A stretch of 64,000 bases of DNA, from the NCBI GenBank assembly GCA_030390025.1, contig CM059436.1, positions 13,330,001 to 13,394,000 on the forward strand. Reading direction: 5' to 3'. Position numbers and translations under genes: made by a program. The DNA comes from Squalus acanthias. Taxonomy: Eukaryota. Positions within the stretch are counted from its first letter, which is position 1. Each line of letters begins with the position of its first letter. Shown here piece by piece: positions 36,701-48,530 of this stretch. The notes beneath the pieces are model-generated. The model had not been told where the DNA came from, ran no database searches, and was given only the letters and a program-made list of their open reading frames with translations.

Positions 36701-37719
36701 GGAAACTGGGGAAATGGTCCTTAAAGACTATGCTTAAAGTAGAGACAAATTTTATTTGTCTTGATATTGTCCAATATTTAAAGTTTGTCACAGTACTAAT
36801 AAATACTCTGATAAGTACTACTGGCTAGAAATAATGGCACATTGATATCGCTGCTACATTAGCTACAGGAGTCTTATTTTTGTGGTGTTCTTGCCTTTAC
36901 TCTGGGAGGTGTTGATTTATGCTACAGTATGGTTCTACACAATCCAGCAATCCTCCAGTACCATGGACAAGTGGATCTCACTTGAGATGGTTAAGTTGAA
37001 GACGTATTGTATCATACACTTTCTCTGTACTCGTACTGTGCAAGTTTGTGTTATTTGGACTTAAGTCCTAATTTTATCTGATGGAAATAGCGCCTTAGCA
37101 GCTTAACATTTGTATGACTTCTTCACTGTTGTGTATTAACACAAAGCTTCTGTAGTTAACATCTGCTTGGTGAATTTGTAATAAAATCTTCTTTTGGAAA
37201 TATCCTAATGTGGATGATCATATCATAAACCGATAAGTTTAAAGAGTCACGATTTTTTACTAACTTGATTACAACTTTGGAACTCAGTTTGGATTTTTTT
37301 TCCCTACCCCATTGTCTCTATTTATAAAGAACTTTATTGCCCACACATCCGCTTCCAGCTGGAATAAGCAGGATGATCTGGGCTTTGGACTTCCACCCAA
37401 GCAGCCCGCTCTGTGATTGGCTAGCAGAAGGTGCAAGTCAAGCACAACACACCAAAAGATGTCAGCAATCCATCTGGCAGACTGCCTGGGAGAATTAAAA
37501 AAAAAACACAGTTCAAGAAATGGAGTCAAATAAGATTGAGTGACAGGCACCTTGGCTGGAATGTTTATGGTTTACAGTTGAATAAATCTGACAAATAGTT
37601 CTCCATTCCTATAGAGGATTTAAGCTCAATACTAAACCAACTGTTTAAAGCAGAGAAACTGCCTTTTTTAGCGTGGCCTTGCTACACTGGGCATACATTC
37701 ATAGACTGGGATGAACTGA

Positions 37720-37840
37720 AACGTGGTTCCTACATTATAACAGTGACTACACTTCAAAGGTATTTTATTGGCTGTAAAAGCACTTTGAGATGTCCTGAGA
37801 TTGTGAAAGGCGCTATATAAATGCAAGTTCTTTCTTTCCG
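37720..37840 (+). mobile_element. DeuSINE 3' fragment
   Basis: ttcctacattataacagtgactacacttcaaag...gtgaaaggcgctatataaatgcaagttctttctttc. Confidence 0.85.
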
Positions 37841-40800
37841 ATAGCTGCAACTAGTTTCTCAGCACCAGCGATCACGATGCAGAAACTAGGGAACCATTGT
37901 CGTTCCAATATGGAGTACTCGCATTATTTTTCTCAACTCAACTGTTCCACACTGTGCACTGCTTTACTTTCATTTATTTTTTGACGTTTGTGAAATGCAA
38001 TTCAAGAAAGGTACAGAATTATAGAATTGTGTGTTATTCATAACCAATCTGGTGGCTAAAAAAGTGCAATCTTGATTTTAGCACTAAATATTACAGTCTT
38101 CAAAATGGTTAACGAGCAAGGATAATTCACTCAGTTGCACTGATAGGCGTCATTTATGGTTGTCAAGATTTAATTTATTTTTTGGAAAGGAATTCACACA
38201 GCAGTCCATTAGAATAGAGAATATTGGCAGCTAAAAAAGTTAGTATTAAAATACTGCATTACTGTTATAAAAATGTTACACGGATTCTTACCACTAAGAA
38301 CGAGCATTTGGTTGGTTATCACTTCACAGGACAATATGCTGTGGGTTTCAGCAGTAGGTGACCCTTTGGGAGGAGTCGATGGGTGACGGGAATCAATCTT
38401 ACGCAGCAGTATATTTTAACTCAATCACATTCAAGATTCTAAGAGTGGGATGTGATTAAAAATTGGTGTAACTGTGCGCTTGTGGTGACAAGGCAGGCCG
38501 CAGCCATTCTGCCTGTACTTTCTTTTTTGGAGAAATTCTGACGTGGAATCTAAATTCTCTTATTTATTTTATACCATCGTACAGGAAGTTTTCTGCTGCT
38601 TTTACGTGATCTGCATGCCCTGCCGTGTTAAAACCTTCCTCCACCACCCCAAAGAGGACAAAAAGAAACTTCCAGCTCCAAGAATGCTCCCAAACCCAAT
38701 CCAAGTCTCCTGGTTGTTCCTTCAACAACTCAACTAGAAGCAGTCTGAAGAAAGATATTGACGTGCCTTTTTGTGAATTCTTCCCTTCCTCCAATACCCC
38801 ATCTGCGGAGGCTTGATCCTTTCATCTCCATTATGATGCCTTCTTCTTTCCTTCTAGACCCATTTGCACATCTGCCAAGGTTTCTGTAAAGTCCACCTTA
38901 TGAAAATACCAAACTGTTGATATTTACTGGCATGGGGAGTCATCTATAAATACAACTTTCAAGGAAGAATGAATCTAACATACAATGCAGTGTACGAATC
39001 ATGCCACCTACTCAAATTAATAAATAGCTAATTGACTTATTTTTCCCTCCCCGCCACCCCTCCCCCCAAAAAAGCTAGCTTGAAAACATTCATAATCATG
39101 TACAGTACAAGGATTTTGTCGAGTTCTCAGTTTTTGTCTGCCCCTCCCAAGAATGATACTTTGGGTCAGTTTTACAATGATTTCAATACTGTAAAGGAGA
39201 ACCACCCCCAGCTTTAGAATACACTCCCAGCAGCTCAAAGATGCACTGGCCTCGATACTTTTGCTTTCATTTCCCAAATTACTGTGGATACAATTCATTT
39301 TGCCGTTTTGTTTATTAAGATAATAATAAGGCAAAATGAATTGTACACAAAAGGCCTTTTGCATAATCATATACCACCCACAATGTTTAAGAGCTGCGCT
39401 TTGGGGTTTTTGTTGCAAGCTGCAATTGAGAAGTGACATGCAGCATTTACATAATGTTCTGCATAGTTTTAATTACAACAAATTGCAAAAGCCTAGTAGA
39501 AAAATGGGGGGCGGGGGGTGGGGGGGGGGAGGAGAAGAATAAAAATAAAATGTAACATTCATTTTTTTCTTCTCATTCCTGTAATCATCTCTCCTGCAAA
39601 CAACTTAAGTCAATTTAGAAAACTTAAGATGTCAATATATCCGCAGCAAAATTGAACAACCCTTTTCATGGACCAATTTGCAACGGAGCGTACTATTGAA
39701 TTGTGTAATGAATTAAAATATAGCAATTTGTAGAAGAATGGAACATTAAAAGTTTAATCATAAAAAAACGGTCCCTTGTATTTAGAACACGCAATGGCAC
39801 TTTAAAAGGTTTTGTTCTTATAATCACAATTGGTTATATCACATACTGCTCTATTTTAAAAAGGCTCAGTTTACTTCCCATACTGTGGTGCAACAGGATT
39901 ACACATTGCTTCAAACTGCAACTTCATCCTGCCTGGAGAATGAATATTTATGATGTTTTTCCACAAGTTTGTTTTAATTTTTTGTTGTTTGTCTCTTAAT
40001 GCGCTGGTTAGGAAAGCAAAAATCCGGTGGTATGTTTGATTTGAACTCTTTATTTTCCATTTTTTTTTTTAAACTAAGGAAAACAAAGTTTGTCTTGGAA
40101 CCGCAGATACAAATTCAAACTGGTCAAGTGCAGAGTTCCAGCATGTTGTGCCCACTACCCTTCGGCACAGCCAAATGTTTAACCAGCTGCCCTTTTGGCC
40201 TGTTTTTTTTTCCCTTTTCCCAACAAAGGACAGATACAAATTACTGACCTAAATTTACAGGGGAGGAAAAAAAATGCACCATGGTTTCAGGGCAAAATGC
40301 ATGAATAGAACAGATGTTTAAACAGCCTTACTTTTGAATACAAAGCTATCTCGATTGTTTTGAACAATCCAAAATGTTGAAGATGTTAATTTTAATAATG
40401 TCCCTATTGTCATTTTTTTTTTTTTTTCCACACTGCAAAATTAACGCATCCCTAAACAGGAAGAACCACTAGCAACCTCGGAGGATAAATACTTTCAATT
40501 ATTTTGTTCGCCCTACCCCATTCTCTCCGATTTGGGGGCTGCAGGCATTGGACAATCAATAGCCCGTGTGGGATTCCTCTGTCAAGATTATAGACCAGAG
40601 GTGGTGGTACATTTCCCTCCAGCATCTGGATAATGTAATCCTTGCAGTATTTTAGCAAGTGAGAACTGTTCATAAATAGCTTTTGTTATCTACAGATTAA
40701 ACCTTTCAGTACTCCTGGTTCTTTGTCGCTTTCAAAAGGATTCTGTCCTCATCACAAAAATGTACAAACACAAGAATTTTTAGATTTTTTTGAAGCATGA

Positions 40801-41322
40801 AGGGTATTGTATTGATCCTAAAGCTTTTCTTATTTAAACTTTGGAAAAAAAGTGATTTAATGTAATAAATAATCTGTGATTCAGCCTCAGTAGACTAAAT
40901 GTTTCTTGCAGAAACAATGTTTATTCATACCCAACTTCATTTTATTTGAGGAAAAAATGTACAACTTATAAAGGAAAAAGGATCTTTACATTGGATGCAA
41001 ATTTACTAGGTTAAAACTACTTTGTGCAGCACCATTGATGTAAGGAATAAGCTAACTGAATTAAAAGATTTTATCCAAATTTAAATCTTTTAAAGATTTA
41101 GAATTAAATATGGACACAAGTTACGTGTTTTAGCAACTTGGAAAAGTTCAATTAAGGTGTGCTTGCAAAAAGTAAAGTGGGAGAAAGCCTTAATTAGGTA
41201 AAGCGCATTGGAGGTTTAAATTCTCATGAGCTCGGATGTCCAGAGATTATTCTATGCATGCACCAAGAACGTATATATTCAGCAGAAAGAAAGACAACTA
41301 ACAGCATTTTCAGTTTACATAA

Positions 41323-41328
41323 TTTATT
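41323..41328 (-). terminator. Candidate ZBTB18 polyadenylation signal (3'UTR ~41300-43194)
   Basis: AATAAA on the minus strand followed by a GU/U-rich element (gttagttgtctttctttctg), giving a ~1.9 kb 3'UTR. Confidence 0.55.
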
Positions 41329-43194
41329 GCAGTTAGCACACAATTTAAAAATTCCACCAACGGCACATCAAGGTACAAAACTAAACAGCATTATAATTTA
41401 CTTCCCCCCTCCCCCCCCACCCCCGTTCCGAAAATTAAAAACAGACTATGATTGTCAAGGCTAACGTCAGTCTAAATCCAGGTAAAAAAGGTAAAATGTA
41501 GTTGGGGGGGCGGGGGAGGTGGGGAAACGACAAAAATAAAACAAATAAAAGGTCATCTGTAAGGAAAAGGAATTGAGAGTCATACTCACAAATACCACAA
41601 AGAAAACTAACGTGGGAAAACCGAGGAAGCTGTTCATTTTAAAGACACTGATTGTCTTATCTAAACATTTTTCTTTTTTTTTTAAATCTACAGTTCAACA
41701 TACTTTTGTCAGACATTTAAACTCTTCAAGTAACTAGCGTAATTACAGAATCTTAGAGGCCATTTCACAGCTTTAAAACAATGTCAAGAGCCAAAAGAAA
41801 AACTCATTTGACCCGTTTTTTTTTAGAAAAAAAACAATCCAGCAGTACACAATCTAGTTTTCCATTAATAATCATATTGCCTTTATGCACAAAAATAAGC
41901 TATGTTTACAGTAGTTAAGGCGGTCAAGTAAAAAATAAAACATAAAACCCACAAAAAAAGGGGGGAAAACGGCCACGTTTCCGTGCTACTCCCACAGACC
42001 TTATTGCGAGTGCAAGACAGGAAAACAAACACTGTGCAAAACACTTGCCATATGTGTTGTTCATTAAAACCACACACATACCAAGCAGCAACTTCAGCTG
42101 CTTGGTTACACAATAATATAAGGAACCCCCTTTTCTCGAAAGCTGGGTTCACGAGTCCTTCCCCCGAAAACTTCATGGCCAAAGTAATCAAATGATTTCT
42201 ATTAACCATCACCAATTCTGTTCACATAAAAGCAGGGAAACCTCAACTGGAATTTGTGCTGTACCACTTTCTGTAATATATACGAGAACACAGGGAAAGA
42301 TGCTTCACACATTGAAACTGCATAGCAGTGCACTTTAAAAAAAATTAAAACGCTGTGCAACACCAGTGACATTTTTCACGGTGTTACTCCACTTGGGAAA
42401 AAATGCGTCTCAGGAAAAAAAAATATTTCTTTCACCAATTAAATAAAAGTTTAAGTTACACACTTTGCCAAGTTCATAGAATTGCAAAAAGAAAACCCCA
42501 AAACATCTGATAAAACTCATGCATTTTCTATAGCCTCAATATTTACTTTCAGGAGACCTGACTAAGAGCATAGGGACAATCCATCAGGTTCGTTAAATCC
42601 ATTCAATGCAGTAGGATGTACAGTAATATAATTCACATTTCAAACATACAGTTTTAATTTGCCTGAAAATCCCATACATTTAGAATCTAAATTACATCAA
42701 GTTTCTGGTTAAGATTAAACAGGGTAAAGAACCATTCATTTGCAAATGCATTTTCCTAGGCATATGGAAAAGAAATTCATAATTATTTTGTTTACAGCAT
42801 TGTACAAAAAAAGTTTTAAATATCCAGAAATTGTGCAACATTAAAATATTAACATGTTTCAATGAATACCTTACGGAATTAGTGGTTCATTGTTAAAAAA
42901 TTCAACAACAAATCCTCATGAACTATACAGCAGACTCCTTTGCAGTGCACTCAACAACTGCAGGGGTGCATTTGAAAAGAAAATTAGAGTATTTATTAAA
43001 TAAGTGTTGAGTTTAATAGTTAATTCTTATTTACCTTATGTTGCATTATGAATCACAGAATCTCATTTTTGTAGATTATGTGTTGTGACAAACAGTATTT
43101 ACGGCTATTATTTTGTGGAGAGAATTCAGTACCCAAAAGGCTGTAGAAGAGATTACCAGAAACTTGATTTTTCAGACTGCTCCACAGCTAGATT

Positions 43195-44771
43195 TTATTT
43201 CCAGAGTTCTTGCGAGCTCTCTTCTATGGTCCAGTCCCGCATCGCAGGCAAGTTAAGTGACTCCGTTTTAACAGAGAGTGTGTTTATCAGCTCACAGTGA
43301 AATTTCCGAATGTGTCTGTACAGGTCACCCGACTGCGTGAACCTGCGCTCACACCACTTGCATGCATGTGGCTTTTCCCGGGTGTGAACAACCGCGTGAC
43401 GGCTCAGGTTGTGCGAATACTGGAAACTCTTCCCACATTGAGTGCAAGTGTACGGCTTTTCACCTGAATGAGTCCGCTCGTGTCGTTTTAAGGTGTACAT
43501 GCACGAAAAAGTCTTCCCACACAGCGAGCAGGTGGGAACGTTGACGTCGGTGGCAGGCTTGCTGCGGAGGCCATCCTGCTCTCGAAAGTGCGTGCTCAGG
43601 TGGATCTGCAGAATATGCGGGCTAGGAAATACTTTGTTGCAGAGGGGACACATGAAGATTTGACCGGCCGAGCCAAGTATATTAGAGCAGTAAGGGAGCA
43701 AGCTGCTGTCCATGCTTCCTTCCATCTGGGCTCCATCGTTCTCTGGGGTGATCATCTCATCGTCGCTGGCTCGATCCTCTCGGTCCATCTCACTTGAAAC
43801 AGAAGCTTCTCTTCTGACGGACACATGGAGCGAGTCGTAACGAACCCTGTTCATAGTGCTTGCACCGTCTTTCACTGTGCTACTCTGTTCCATATCAAAG
43901 TCATTAGTGCTGCTTCCTTCCTCGTCGGAAAACATTTCTTTCTCTACTTTAACCTGCACCAGGTTATTTCTGGAACCGTCCCCATGGGGGGAGACATAAG
44001 GGTGGCTGGCATTTTCTCCCCCTGACAGCCCGGACTTGACAGACAAATCCAGCACACAGTCAACATCTGCTGAATCCTTAATGGAGTTGGCAGACCTTTG
44101 GGACAAAGGCCCTGTTGAGCTGCAGGGACTGGACACTGTTTTTCCAGCTGTTACTGCATGTGCCTCAACCTCCACGCCAGGCTGAGTGATGCCTGCTGAG
44201 TCAGAGGGCAATCTCATCCACATGTTCCCAGATTCAATAACTAGGTCCCTTTTGCTCGATTTTTCCTCCTCGGTTTCGTCTTCCTCGCTCGCCAGCTCCC
44301 CCACCACATGCGCGCTGCTCACAGAGGAGATCTCCCCTTTATCGGAACAGCTCAAGGCATCTTCTTCTTTCTTGGTGCTGTCCGCTTCTGTACTTGATTT
44401 TTCTTTCAGCTTCTTTTTGCAGACTTTCACGATGTCGTACATGTGAAGGTAGCTCGCAGCTGCAAGTACGTCCTCAATAGGCAAATCTTTGAACTGGAGT
44501 TTCCCTTCATACATGAATTCAAGGAGGAGAGCGAAAGCTGGGGCTGTAACAATATCGCTGTTCAGATGAACAATGTCCCTTTTGTCCAGCTGGTCCTTGT
44601 AAAAGAGATGGAAGTACATGCTACACGAAGCAAGCACAGCACGATGGGCTCGAAACTGGGCATCTCCAACCAAGACAGTGCAATCACAAAGGAAACCTTG
44701 ATGCCTCTGCTCACTCAGACACTGGAGCAAATGTCTGCTGTGGTCTGGAAACTCCATACTGTCTTCATAAC
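43195..44771 (-). CDS. ZBTB18: Zinc finger and BTB domain-containing protein 18 (RP58/ZNF238), main coding exon
   Basis: N-terminal BTB domain ([28 protein letters not shown]...), VLDLS CtBP-type motif, four C2H2 fingers, C-terminus ...SSQELWK. The acceptor tgtctgctacAG lies at 44773-44772 and the exon starts GT TAT GAA GAC (GYEDS). The in-exon ATG at 44757 gives a 520-aa protein. Confidence 0.97.
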
Positions 44772-45113
44772 CTGTAGCAGACAAAGTTTGTTAACATTTA
44801 CAGAAATAAATAAGTGCCACAAAAACAGCAAAGCCCCAAAGTATCCTGCAATCTACAGATAAAAGTTAACAGAATAGAAAAAAAAACATTTCAACAACAA
44901 ATTGTTTTGTTGCTGCTCTAGTAGTGCATACAGGGGAGGGAAAAACACGTAAACTGCCACAAGACTCAAACTCAATCACATTAAGTGTCCTGTGTCCCAA
45001 TCTCTAATCTTTAAAATGGCTAAAAATAAAGATTACATGATAGTCAGTAAGGTACTGTTGATCAAATTAGATGCCTAAAAGGACAGAGACAGGACGAAAA
45101 CGAAGCTTATAAA

Positions 45114-45193
45114 CATCTGATACAGATGACTATGGCCATATGGCAGCTGCTGCCCAGATAAAGAGATTAAAGAATGGAGTGCGATTACAGCTG
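45114..45193. promoter_or_regulatory. E-box cluster upstream of the ZBTB18 coding exon
   Basis: CATCTG 45114, CAGATG 45123, CATATG 45137, CAGCTG 45144, CAGCTG 45188. Confidence 0.55.
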
Positions 45194-45879
45194 TCTGGGC
45201 AATTCCACGCGTCGCAATCTGCGAATCCCAAATTAGTCACTATCCCCACAAACTCTTAAGAAAAAAATTAGCTTGTACGAAGAGCAATGATCTGTCAACT
45301 CAGAATAAACACAAACACTCTCATACAAAATCCCTAGCAGTATTTGCAAAAAAAAAATTATTTTTTTTTTAAAAGGAAAAAATAATAATCCCCCCTACCT
45401 GCAACAGGAATAAAAACAGATCGACTTCTCTTGATCAGTCCCCAAAAGAACAGCTTCAACGGTGCGCTAAATCTTTGTGACTCCGGTCTGTCAAGTTTAA
45501 AAAGGCAGACTGAAGAGGAATGATACCGGCACACGGAGCAAGATCACACAAAAAAAAACCAGTAATGCCAGACTGTCAGCTGCTCTGACATCACTTCAAA
45601 TGGAAATGCTACCTCCAGCTGTGCTGCTTTTTAATGCCATATGTTACTCGTGTCGTGTTTGCCGCTGCTGCCACCAATCTCACGTTTGAATACATTATCT
45701 GCTACAAAAGGGAAGAAAAAAAATCTCTTCCCCCCCCTTAAAATAAAAAAAAACAAATAAAGTACAAGATAGTCTCTCTTCCCCCCCCCCCGCCCCCCCA
45801 CACCCACCCACCCCCCCAACCTCCTTTCCCTTCTCCTTTAAATTTTCTTTTGTTGCCAAAAATATCCACTTCACTTGAA

Positions 45880-47060
45880 ATGACACACACAAATAAACTG
45901 CGGCCGCAGAGCACTGTTGAGAGAGAGAGAGAGAGAAAAAAACGCTACAGGGCGACCTGTTAAATGTGCTGCAGCAGCAGCGGCAGCAACAGCAGCGATC
46001 CTCAGTGCATGGTGACGGCAGTCAAACCACAACACACACACACAGAAAGAAAAGTAACAACAGGCTGCAGCCGCTGCTTCCTCCTCCTCCTCTTGTCCGA
46101 CGGAACGATCTGGGCTCCCGTTACCAGCAACAACTGAGAGATATGGTGGTGGTGGTGTGGGGGAAAGAGAGTAACATTTTCAAAAACAGTGCAACTACGC
46201 GCCGCTTCTGGCAACGCTGCCTCTTTCCCCCCACCTCCTCCCCTCCTTTTCACCCTCCTCCCTTTCGTAGTTGTTAAAGAGGAAATCCATGAGGATTTTT
46301 TGGATACTTACAGGAAGCAATAATTTTTTTTTTAAATAAGGAAGGGGGAGGACACTTTTTTTTCTGCCTCGGGAACAGCGAGTGTAAGTAGGAGGAGGAG
46401 GAGGAGGTGGGGGAGGAGGAGAGAGCCAATGACTTTCAGGACTTCAATGGGTGAAACACACACAGTGAAACAGACAGGGCGCTGGGAATAAGTGCGGCCA
46501 GATGTTTGGAGAGCTGTTGCTGTGGCCCTTGCTCTTCCACCTACCTTGACAGAGGAAGTGTGAGTGACATCACATCTCCATTGAAGTCTTTGGGCCGACC
46601 ACACCAACAACAACAAAAATTCGCCGGGAATCGGCCAGCAACCTTCCGAAAATAATAAAAAAAAAAATTTAATATAAAGTCCGGGATCCCGCCAGCCAAT
46701 GGGCTGAGAAAGCGGGCGGCGCTTCCGCTCTCAGGGTAGGTTGTTTCGGAGTAACCGTGAGCAAGCAAAAGAAAGGGGGGAATTTGCGCGTCTTCGGCAG
46801 GCTGGGATGCATCTCGGGACTTGTAGTCCTCGTTCACTTGGGCGAAGAGTCTTTAAGTTTTGCTCACCCTCGCCCCTTCACAACGCCAGGGCGATCTTTC
46901 AAGTTGCAAAAAAAAAAGAGCTGTAAAGCAGGTTTCTCTGAAGATTTGCACACACACAAAAAAAGCGGAAGCCTAATTTTTTTTCCGGTTCTTTCCAGCA
47001 GCCCACTTAAGAAAATGGTCAAAAGTTTACGTGCGTTAACACGCAATCGATAATCAAACA
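45880..47060 (-). promoter_or_regulatory. CpG-enriched ZBTB18 promoter / 5' exon region
   Basis: Local CpG retention, CCAAT boxes (~46426, ~46696), GC-box-like GGGCGG, a ZNF143/THAP11-type ACTACAAGTCCCGAGATGCA (minus, 46808-46827), candidate minus-strand splice donors (exon ends 46545 and 46312), and simple repeats (GA)n, (CAG)n, (GAG)n. Confidence 0.65.
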
Positions 47061-48370
47061 TCCAGGGCTGAAGATTTGAGAATATTTCAAAATATAAAAT
47101 CACTATAGGAACGGGAGAACATGACACAAAGCACAGGATCACATGTTTACAGATGTTGTAAAGTAGGTCACTCCACTGCTGGAAACTTGCAACCCATGTT
47201 CCTTTTGTCTTTTTAAAAAAAAAATATTTTTGCAAAAAGATTTTCTCCAAATTTTCAATCCTTTCCAGTTAATCGCCAGCATATGTTCTCCTCCAACTGG
47301 GACTGCCCAGGTTGCAAACGTGTCCATGACTGCTTTCGATGTTGTTCTGAGACCACTGTTACTAGTCTGCAGGAGGCACAATTAAACCTGGATGACACCA
47401 GTTGTCTTTACCTGAAATAACAAAATAAATCCTCTTCTGTATGGTGCACCATTTGTGCAGCTCACACGTAATGGCGAAACTCATGCAATTAAGGCAACTA
47501 AATTAAAATAACTAGACATTCCTGGCGGCAGATTTCACCATGGCCGCTGTCAATGTCATTCGGGATTGATAGCAAATCGCACAGTTCAAGCAGAGTGGGT
47601 TTCATAACCAGCTTTTGTGTTCCCCTCTCAGAATAGTAATCTGTTGGACGAGTCCAGCCGAGAACTAACAAAACTCACCCAACTGAGTTAAGTCTGCAGG
47701 ACAGACAGACCTCGGGCTTTAACTTGGTGACCTTATATTTCAGAGTCAACTGATCAACTGCTTGTGTTCCAGACCAACCTGCACTTGCTATTTGCTTTAA
47801 TAATTAAGAGTTAATTTCAGGGCAATGAAAATTTTCCAATGGCATTTATTTATGCAACATGAGCTTGGCATGCAACAGTCTCCTTTTTTTTCCAGTTCTC
47901 ATTTGATGGTACTAATTGAAGCCTTCCATCCTCCAAGCTGGTTAACACAAATTTCATATAATGCTATTAAATTTCATTTTTTTGGAGGCGGGAATGGGGA
48001 TCTTTGGGAAGCAACTGATTGGCTGTATCAGCAATTTATCTGCCATTTTCATTTGAATATGTATACATTTTGAAAGTGAATAAGTTATCTGCGTGGTTTT
48101 GGAATATGCTATTCCACAAAGGTGGACATACATGAAAACTAGGGGACGCTGACATTCTAGGAAATTTGGGACTCATATCACCACCTTTTTGTCAGCTGCT
48201 TTTGAGATCCTAGCTAAAGTACCATAAATATCCTTTATTTAAAAAAGTCAGAATTGGTAACCGCAAAACTAAACTAAACAGACATGTTTATTTAATGCAA
48301 AGTACTAACAATATGAAGTCAAACCTTACCAAAGTTGTATAAGAATTGATGGGGGGAGAAAGACTGTACT

Positions 48371-48530
48371 ATGCCAATATTGCCAGCTGTAATACTTCTG
48401 TGCCAGCTGTTCATGCTGTGCCAACTACACTGACACTGTCAATTGTGCCAAAGGTACTAGCTGTGCATCAGTGCCATTGATGCCAGCTGTGCCATTTGTG
48501 CCAACTGTGCTGTCTTTCCATCTGTGCCAA
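48371..48530. repeat. Degenerate short-period tandem repeat (CTGTGCCAR-like)
   Basis: Ten TGCCA occurrences in ~160 bp. Confidence 0.6.

Noticed and set aside
38564-38794. 76-aa minus-strand ORF downstream of ZBTB18
   Set aside because: Non-ATG start, no good acceptor and no recognisable homology. More likely UTR or non-coding.
44772-44784. ORF-track N-terminus MSAT of the 529-aa ORF
   Set aside because: It begins at a TTG inside the intron's acceptor region. The exon starts at 44771 and the first ATG is at 44757.
43085-44862. Plus-strand ORFs overlapping ZBTB18
   Set aside because: Antisense shadows of a coding exon, with no recognisable domains.
45966-46277. Poly-Q/poly-P ORF in the promoter region
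   Set aside because: Low-complexity translation of (CAG)n and (CCT)n microsatellites with a non-ATG start.
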